The position numbers and the translations under genes were made by a program. 64,000 bases of DNA from an uncultured Myxococcales bacterium (GTDB lineage: Bacteria; Myxococcota_A; UBA9042; PWKZ01; CAYRCM01): NCBI GenBank assembly GCA_964422715.1, contig CAYRCM010000008.1, positions 1,894-65,893 of the forward strand. Reading direction: 5' to 3'. Under the pieces are notes generated by a model that was not told where the DNA came from, made no database searches, and saw only the letters and a list, made by a program, of their open reading frames with translations. Below are positions 58,082-64,000 of the stretch, piece after piece (the stretch's first letter is position 1; each line of letters starts with the position of its first letter).

Positions 58082-58939
58082 ATGGCGCCCACACCAGAGC
58101 CGATGGGCGTCCTGTTCGTCGTCGCGACGCCGATCGGCAATCTCGAAGACATCACCTATCGGGCGGTGCGCGTGCTCCAGGAGGTCGACCTCGTGGCCGC
58201 CGAGGACACACGCCGCACCGGGCAACTGCTGGCCCACCTCGGCATCCGCAAGCCGCTGCTCTCGTTTTTCGAACACAACGAGCGGGCGCGCGCCGGGGCG
58301 CTGGTGCACCGGCTCGCGCGCGGCGAGAACGTGGCCCTCGTCAGCGACGGCGGCACGCCGGCCGTGTCCGACCCGGGCTTCGTGCTCGTGCGCGCTGCCA
58401 TCGAGGCCGGCATCCGGGTCGTCCCGGTGCCGGGGCCGTGCGCGGCCGTGACGGCGCTCGTCGGGTCGGGGCTGCCGACCGATTGCTTCCAGTTCGTCGG
58501 GTTTCCGCCGAAGCGGCCGGGGGCCCGGCGCACGTTCTGGAGCCGGCTCGTCGCCGGGCCCGGCCCGACCGTGGCCTACGTCAACAAGCGCGAGCTCGGC
58601 GAGGCCCTCGACTGGCTCGTCGAGGCGGGGCACGGCGCGCTGCCGGTCGTGATGGCGCGCGAACTTACGAAGACGTTTGAGGAATTTCTGCGCGGGACGG
58701 CGGCCGCCGTGCGCACGCAACTTGTTGCGCGTGAGGAATCGGGCGGGCCGCTCAAGGGCGAGTTCACGCTGCTCGTCGGGGCCGCGCCGCCGGCCACGCT
58801 CTCCGACGAGACCCTCATCGCGGCGTTGCGCCACGCCCGCGCCGACGGCAGTTCGCCGAGCGATGCCGTGCGCCGGGTGCAGGCCGAAAGCGGCGCGAGC
58901 CGCCAGCGGCTCTACGCGCTGCTGCGCGGCCTCGAGTAG
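58082..58939 (+). CDS. rsmI: 16S rRNA (cytidine(1402)-2'-O)-methyltransferase
   Basis: LFVVATPIGNLEDIT.RA, AAEDTRRT, VSDGGTPAVSDPG, PGPCA, RELTKTFEE, KGEFTL. Confidence 0.95.
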   Translation: MAPTPEPMGVLFVVATPIGNLEDITYRAVRVLQEVDLVAAEDTRRTGQLLAHLGIRKPLLSFFEHNERARAGALVHRLARGENVALVSDGGTPAVSDPGFVLVRAAIEAGIRVVPVPGPCAAVTALVGSGLPTDCFQFVGFPPKRPGARRTFWSRLVAGPGPTVAYVNKRELGEALDWLVEAGHGALPVVMARELTKTFEEFLRGTAAAVRTQLVAREESGGPLKGEFTLLVGAAPPATLSDETLIAALRHARADGSSPSDAVRRVQAESGASRQRLYALLRGLE

Positions 58940-59025
58940 GACGGGGCGCACGGCGAACGCCACTCGGGCGGCACGGGGCCGTCGCTCGCGGGTGCCGGGA
59001 CGGGGTGGCCCCGGCGCCGGGGAGA

Positions 59026-59673
59026 ATGCCGTTGGACGGCCTCATCGCCGCAGCCATCGGGCTTGCGTTCGGCTTCATCGGCTCGGCGCCGCCTGCCGGG
59101 CCCATCGCGGTGCTCATCATCGCGCGGGCCATGGACGGGCGCAGCCGCAGCGCCGGCGCCGTCGCCGTGGGGGCCGCGCTGGCCGAACTGCTGTACGCCG
59201 CGCTCGCGTTCTGGGGCTTCAGCGCCTACCTCGCGGAGTACCCGTGGATCGTGCCGGCCACACGCGCGGCGGCAGCCGTCATCCTGCTCGGCCTGGGCAT
59301 CGTGCTCGCGCGACGGCGGCCCGGTGCCGAGGGACCGCCGGCCCCCGACCGGGCGGGCTCCGGCTTCGTCATCGGCTTCGCCATCAGCGGCCTCAACCCG
59401 ACGTTTCTCGCCACTTGGTCGGCCGCCGTGGCCACGCTCTTCGCCACGGGCCTCGTCTCGTTCTCGACAGCGCTTGCGGTGCCCTTCGCGCTCGGGGCCG
59501 GTGTCGGCATCGTGGGCTGGTTCGGTCTCCTCTTGTGGCTCGTGGCGCGCTATCGGCAGCGTTTCCGGCGCGAGACGCTCGATAAGGCCATCCGGGTCAT
59601 GGGCTACGTACTGGTGCTGATCGGGCTCCTCTTTGCCGCCCGGTTCGTATGGGACCTGACCCAGGGGCCGTGA
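59026..59673 (+). CDS. LysE/RhtB-family translocator
   Basis: GFIGSAPPAGPI, six hydrophobic segments, GF....LNP. Confidence 0.8.
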   Translation: MPLDGLIAAAIGLAFGFIGSAPPAGPIAVLIIARAMDGRSRSAGAVAVGAALAELLYAALAFWGFSAYLAEYPWIVPATRAAAAVILLGLGIVLARRRPGAEGPPAPDRAGSGFVIGFAISGLNPTFLATWSAAVATLFATGLVSFSTALAVPFALGAGVGIVGWFGLLLWLVARYRQRFRRETLDKAIRVMGYVLVLIGLLFAARFVWDLTQGP

Positions 59674-59687
59674 GCGACGACCGGCGG

Positions 59688-60758
59688 TCAGACACCGAAG
59701 GCGACGAGCAGAAGACCCAGCGGCAGCGCCAGCGCGAGTTTGAACCCCTTGACGAGCAGGAAGTCGCGGCGCGACTGGCCAAGCAGCGGCAGCATGCCGT
59801 GGCCGTCTTGCACGATGGAATTCGCGACGAGAATGCCGAGCGGCAGCACGCCGTCGGCAAACAGGGTCACGAACACGATGTGCGGGCCCGATTGCGGCAG
59901 CAGCCCCATGGCCAGCGCCACGAACAGCACCACGTAGGCGTTTTCGCGTATGAGTTCGTGCACGTCGACGAGCTCGGCGAGGCCCGCGAGCGCGAGCATG
60001 ACCCCGAACGTCCAGAGGAAGATGCGCGGCAGATGGCGCAGCACGATGTGGTGCCAGACGTGCTCTTCGAGGAAATGGTCGGACGCCGTGACGACCGCCA
60101 GGAGCAGCAGCGCCATGACCGCCGCGATGGTGATGCGCATCCAGAGGCCCTCGTGAGAGCCGATGAGCCCCGCGGCGGCCGCCAGGCCCACGGAAGCGGT
60201 CGCCGTGGCGAGCAGGTAGCGGATGGGGTGGCCGCGCTTCCAGGCCGCCCAGACGCCGTTTGGCGCCCACGGCGACGGGGGTGCGGGGTGGGCGGCCTCG
60301 GCGGCCTCGCCTTCGTGCAGGTCGAAGGCCGAACAGCCCTGCCCGCCGTAGTAGCGCCGCGGGCCGAGCAGCCGGTCGGCGAGCGGGCCCACCGCGGCGC
60401 CGGTGACGGCGAGTGCGGCAAAGAGCCACACGGCCGCCTCGGGCATGCGCGCCAGCATGACGAACGATTCGTCGCCGGTCGTCGCGAGCATGCCGGCGAG
60501 CAGGGCACCGAAACTGACGGTGCGGTGCGTGTACAGCGTCACGAGCACGTAGGAGCCGAGGCAGCCCGGGGCGACGCCCAGGACGGCCCCGGCGAAGTAT
60601 TGGCGCCAACGCCTGTCACGCAACCCGTGACGCCAGCGGCCGCGTGTGAGCACGTTGGCGTACTCGACGAACACCATCATGGCGCCGACGAATGCCGTGA
60701 TGAGGCCGGCCTCGAAGAGCGTTTCGACGAGGTGGAAGCCGTGTTCGGAGTGGTTCAT
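59688..60758 (-). CDS. Multi-pass permease, DUF2899/ArsP_2 (putative manganese or arsenic transporter) type
   Basis: PGCLGS....LY....SFGALLA..LATTGDESFV and GLLPQSGPH.....NSIVQDGHG.LPLL duplicated halves. Confidence 0.75.
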   Translation of the reverse strand: MNHSEHGFHLVETLFEAGLITAFVGAMMVFVEYANVLTRGRWRHGLRDRRWRQYFAGAVLGVAPGCLGSYVLVTLYTHRTVSFGALLAGMLATTGDESFVMLARMPEAAVWLFAALAVTGAAVGPLADRLLGPRRYYGGQGCSAFDLHEGEAAEAAHPAPPSPWAPNGVWAAWKRGHPIRYLLATATASVGLAAAAGLIGSHEGLWMRITIAAVMALLLLAVVTASDHFLEEHVWHHIVLRHLPRIFLWTFGVMLALAGLAELVDVHELIRENAYVVLFVALAMGLLPQSGPHIVFVTLFADGVLPLGILVANSIVQDGHGMLPLLGQSRRDFLLVKGFKLALALPLGLLLVAFGV

Positions 60759-62512
60759 GGGCGGGCTTCCGCGGCGGCGGACGTGCCATGGACGGCGAGG
60801 TCTTTGACGTGCAGTGCGAGACGGCGTTCGCCGCGCCAGGTTTCGAGCTGCGGGCTGAAGACGACGTCGATGAGGCTGCCCTGCGGCGGCGCGGCGGCGG
60901 CGAGGCCGAAGCCGATGGCCGTGTGCGGGCGGGACCCGGGCCGACCGCTCGAAAGCGTGAGGCGCAGGTGGTTCGTGCCCACCGTGCGGGCCGCATCGAC
61001 GTGCGCGTGGCGGGCGAGCAGCAGCGGTTGCGGATTGCCGACCCCGAACGGGCCCAGCCGTTGCAGCTCGGTCGCGAAGGCCTCGTCGACGTCGGCGAGC
61101 GGCACTTCGAGGTCGATGGCGAGCGGGCTCGCGACGCGCCCGGGCGGCAGCATTTCAGCGGCGCTGGCGCACAATCGCTCGCGCAGGGCCGCCACCCGGT
61201 CGCTCGTCACGGTGAGGCCCCCGGCCATGGGGTGGCCGCCGAAGCGCTGCAGCAGGTCGGCCGCCCGGGAAAGGGCCTGGAACACATCGAACCCTTCGAC
61301 GCCGCGGGCGGACCCCTTGGCGGTGTCGCCATCGACGGCCAACAGCACCACCGGCCGCGTGAAGCGCTGCGCGAGCCGGGCGGCCACGATGCCGAGCACG
61401 CCGGGGTGCCAGTCGGGGCTCCCGAGGACGAGCACGCCAGGGTCGGCCCCCGCTTCGCCGGCCTCGTAGCGCCGGCAGGCGTCGGCGAACACCTCGCCCT
61501 CGATCGTGCGGCGCCGCCGGTTCTCGCGGTCGAGCGCCATGGCGACGCCGAGCGCCTCACCGAAGTCGGTCGCCGTCAGGAGCGAGAGGGCCAGGTTGGC
61601 GTTGGCCACCCGGCCCGCGGCGTTGAGGCGCGGTGCGAGTTGGAACGCCACCTCGGACGACGTGACCTCGCCGCCGAGTTGGCCGGCGACGCGGCGCAGA
61701 GCCACGATGCCCGGCCGGCGGGTGTGCGACAGTTCGCCGAGACCGAACCGCGCGAGGATACGGTTTGCGCCTTCGAGCGGCACCATGTCGGCCACGGTGC
61801 CGAGCGCCGTGAGGTCGGTGTAGCGCCGCAGGTCGATGTCGGCGGCGGCCGCGCTCGGGCCGCCAGAGCCGTTGTTGCGCAGCGCGCTGCGCAGCGCCAC
61901 GAGCAGATGGAAGGCAATGCCCGCCGCGGCGAGCGACTTGCAGGGGAAGGCGCAGTCGGGCTGGCGCGGATTGAGAATGGCGTAGGCGTCGGGCAACCGC
62001 TCGGGCAGGCGATGGTGGTCGGCCACGATGACGTCGAGTCCGAGCGCCCGGGCGTGCGCAATGGCGTCGGCGTCGGAAATGCCGCAGTCGAGGGTGATGA
62101 CGAGGGTGGCCCCCTTTGCAGCGGCGCGCCGCAGGATGGACTCGGACAGGCCGTAGCCTTCCTGCAGGCGGTCGGGAATGTAGGTCTGCACCGGCTGGCC
62201 GAGCGCGGCGAAGAACAACTGCACCTGCGCCACCGCCGTGAGCCCGTCGACATCGTAGTCGCCGACGAGGGCCACGGCTTCGCGCGCGTCGATGGCGCGC
62301 CGGACGCGCGCGACGGCCCGGTCCATGTCCTTCATCAGATAGGGGTCGTGGAGGTCGGCCAGCCGCGCCTCGAGGAAGCGTCGCGCCCCTGCGGCCTCGG
62401 AGAACCCCCTTTGGACCAGGATGTCGGCGAGCGGGAGCGAGCAGTCGAGCGAGGCGGCGAGTCGGGCCGCTGCTGCCGAGGAGCGGGCCCGGATGAGCCA
62501 CCGTGCGCTCAA
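60755..62512 (-). CDS. recJ: Single-stranded-DNA-specific exonuclease RecJ
   Basis: GDYDVDG, DCG, ADHH, LGTVADMVPL, PRLNAAGR, HPGVLGIVA, KGSAR, GGHPMAGG; TTGA overlap with secF. Confidence 0.94.
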   Translation of the reverse strand: MSARWLIRARSSAAAARLAASLDCSLPLADILVQRGFSEAAGARRFLEARLADLHDPYLMKDMDRAVARVRRAIDAREAVALVGDYDVDGLTAVAQVQLFFAALGQPVQTYIPDRLQEGYGLSESILRRAAAKGATLVITLDCGISDADAIAHARALGLDVIVADHHRLPERLPDAYAILNPRQPDCAFPCKSLAAAGIAFHLLVALRSALRNNGSGGPSAAAADIDLRRYTDLTALGTVADMVPLEGANRILARFGLGELSHTRRPGIVALRRVAGQLGGEVTSSEVAFQLAPRLNAAGRVANANLALSLLTATDFGEALGVAMALDRENRRRRTIEGEVFADACRRYEAGEAGADPGVLVLGSPDWHPGVLGIVAARLAQRFTRPVVLLAVDGDTAKGSARGVEGFDVFQALSRAADLLQRFGGHPMAGGLTVTSDRVAALRERLCASAAEMLPPGRVASPLAIDLEVPLADVDEAFATELQRLGPFGVGNPQPLLLARHAHVDAARTVGTNHLRLTLSSGRPGSRPHTAIGFGLAAAAPPQGSLIDVVFSPQLETWRGERRLALHVKDLAVHGTSAAAEARP

Positions 62513-63855
62513 GCCGTTGCCTGCACTTTGGCCTTGGACTTGCGCTTCTCGAAGAACTTGTCGAGGTAGAGCACGAACGGGCTCGCGATGAAGATGGAGG
62601 AGTAGGTCCCGATGAGGATGCCGACGAAGAGCGCCAGGGCGAAGTCCTGAATGAGCCCGCCGCCGAGGAAGAGCAACGCCACGACGACGAGCATCGTGGT
62701 ACCCGACGTCAGGATGGTGCGGGACAGCGTTTCGTTGACGCTCTGGTTGATGACGGCATCGAGCGCCTTGCCGCGGTATTTCTCCAGATTTTCGCGGATG
62801 CGGTCGTAGACGACGATGGTGTCATTGATGGAGTAGCCGATGATGGTGAGCAGCGCTGCGATCATGGGCAGCGTGAACTTGATCTGCAGGACCGAGATGA
62901 TGCCGAGCGTGATGACCGAGTCGTGGATGAGGGCAATGACGGCGCCCGGCGAGAACGTGAAGTTGAACCGCAGCGCGATGTACAGCAGGATGCCGATGAT
63001 GGCGTAGAGCATGGCGAGCAGCCCATCGGCAAACAGGCTGGCACCGACCGACGGACTGACGAGCGTGGCGGAATCGACGGCGAGGAACGTGTCTTTGAAG
63101 CGTTCACGCAGCAGATCGGTCATGCGGCCCTGGATTTCGGCCGCGTTGACGGTGAACCGCAGGTCGTCCATTTCCTTGAGGGCGCGTTCTTTGCGCTCCT
63201 CGAAGGCCTGCATGCTGAGCGCTTCGGGGGCGCCCTTGCCGCCGCTCTCGGCGATGGCCAGGTTGAGCTCGCGCACGTACTCGACTTCGAGTTCCTTGGC
63301 CTTGTCGGCGGTGACCTGGATGGCCGCAAACGACAGCGGGGCCTTGGTGAACGTGTCGCGAATCTCGGCGACGCGCTCGGGAATGCGGGCCGCCTTCGGG
63401 AAGGTCAGGAAGAACACGTCGCCGCCCGATTCGGGCAGATCGACGATGAGGTCTTTGCCAAACCGCGCGTTGAGCGTGTCGACCACCTGCTGGCGCTTCT
63501 CGGCCGAGATGAGCGACGTGAGCTCGGTGTAGATCATGTACTTGTGCGCGCCGGTCTCGCCTTCGCCGGTGGTTCCCGGCGAGAAGTCCTGGACTTCGAC
63601 CTGCGACTTCGTGACGCCGAGCTCGCGGGAAACGAGCTCGTCGACGGCTTTCTTGATGGCCCCGCGGTCGACGCTGGTGCCCTCTTTGAAGCTGACGATC
63701 AGCTTCGTGCCGCCCTTGAACTCGATGCCGCGGTCGAGCGACAGGGTCAGGAGCGACACGAGGCTCGCCAGAACCAGCGTGCCCGATAGCGCAAGGAAGA
63801 CCTTGCGCTTGCCCATGAAGTCAAAGTTGGTGCCGGGTTTGATGAATTCGAACAT
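62509..63855 (-). CDS. secF: Protein translocase subunit SecF with enlarged periplasmic domain (448 aa)
   Basis: GIEFKGG, VSPSVG, YIALRF, HDSVIT, LTIIGYSINDTIVVYDRIREN, TLSRTILTS, GTYSSIFIA. Confidence 0.93.
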   Translation of the reverse strand: MFEFIKPGTNFDFMGKRKVFLALSGTLVLASLVSLLTLSLDRGIEFKGGTKLIVSFKEGTSVDRGAIKKAVDELVSRELGVTKSQVEVQDFSPGTTGEGETGAHKYMIYTELTSLISAEKRQQVVDTLNARFGKDLIVDLPESGGDVFFLTFPKAARIPERVAEIRDTFTKAPLSFAAIQVTADKAKELEVEYVRELNLAIAESGGKGAPEALSMQAFEERKERALKEMDDLRFTVNAAEIQGRMTDLLRERFKDTFLAVDSATLVSPSVGASLFADGLLAMLYAIIGILLYIALRFNFTFSPGAVIALIHDSVITLGIISVLQIKFTLPMIAALLTIIGYSINDTIVVYDRIRENLEKYRGKALDAVINQSVNETLSRTILTSGTTMLVVVALLFLGGGLIQDFALALFVGILIGTYSSIFIASPFVLYLDKFFEKRKSKAKVQATA

Positions 63856-63882
63856 CGGATGGCCTCCGAGCGCACGCCGACG

Positions 63883-64000
63883 CTAGATGCTCAGGGTTTC
63901 GGGCGACCGCCTGTCGAGCCACAGCCGGTACACCATGCGCGTGACCACGATGGCCGTGAACATGGAAACCGCGATGCCCGCCAGCAGGGTGACCGCAAAG
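63883..64000 (-). CDS. secD: Protein translocase subunit SecD, C-terminal fragment (runs off window)
   Basis: Translation FAVTLLAGIAVSMFTAIVVTRMVY...TLSI* matches the SecD last TM; directly upstream of secF. Confidence 0.85.
   Translation of the reverse strand, partial: FAVTLLAGIAVSMFTAIVVTRMVYRLWLDRRSPETLSI

Noticed and set aside
45929-58963. 4,344-aa ORF on the minus strand
   Set aside because: It is the antisense shadow of the giant TPR gene. Strong C/G third-position bias removes stops on the reverse strand, the translation has no motifs, and it overlaps four real genes.

Overview
A very GC-rich (about 70% by eye) bacterial chromosomal segment. It is most consistent with a Myxococcota/deltaproteobacterial genome, given the Cys-rich repeat lipoproteins, OmpA with TSP3 repeats, giant TPR protein, MXAN_2562-like barrel and ECF12-like sigma. 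I support about 41 CDSs. Housekeeping genes are mutY, pruA, acs, truA, ileS-lspA-lgt, uppP, glgP, rsmI, recJ, secF and the 3' end of secD. They are interleaved with many cell-envelope genes: two ~900-aa Cys-rich tandem-repeat exported proteins, an IgGFc-binding-domain lipoprotein, a CFI-box-CTERM protein paired with a small beta-barrel, a zincin/beta-propeller/Omp85 fusion, an ECF sigma with a membrane anti-sigma, and a 3,584-aa TPR protein. No rRNA, tRNA, CRISPR array or intact transposase was seen; one 183-bp MITE-like element lies at the glgP stop codon. The best candidate for an undescribed system is a remodelled lipoprotein biogenesis pathway. LspA has a ~175-aa periplasmic insertion, Lgt has a 6-Cys insertion resembling the Cys modules of the neighbouring surface proteins, and SecF has a roughly doubled periplasmic domain. 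These sit among at least six predicted lipoproteins, and the two giant Cys-rich genes share sigma54-like promoter motifs. Other notable points: IleRS has non-canonical GVHH and EMHKS signature motifs, and two apparent pseudo-enzymes are present (Asd-like and GH-A-like). All family assignments come from motif recognition by eye; no database search was run.
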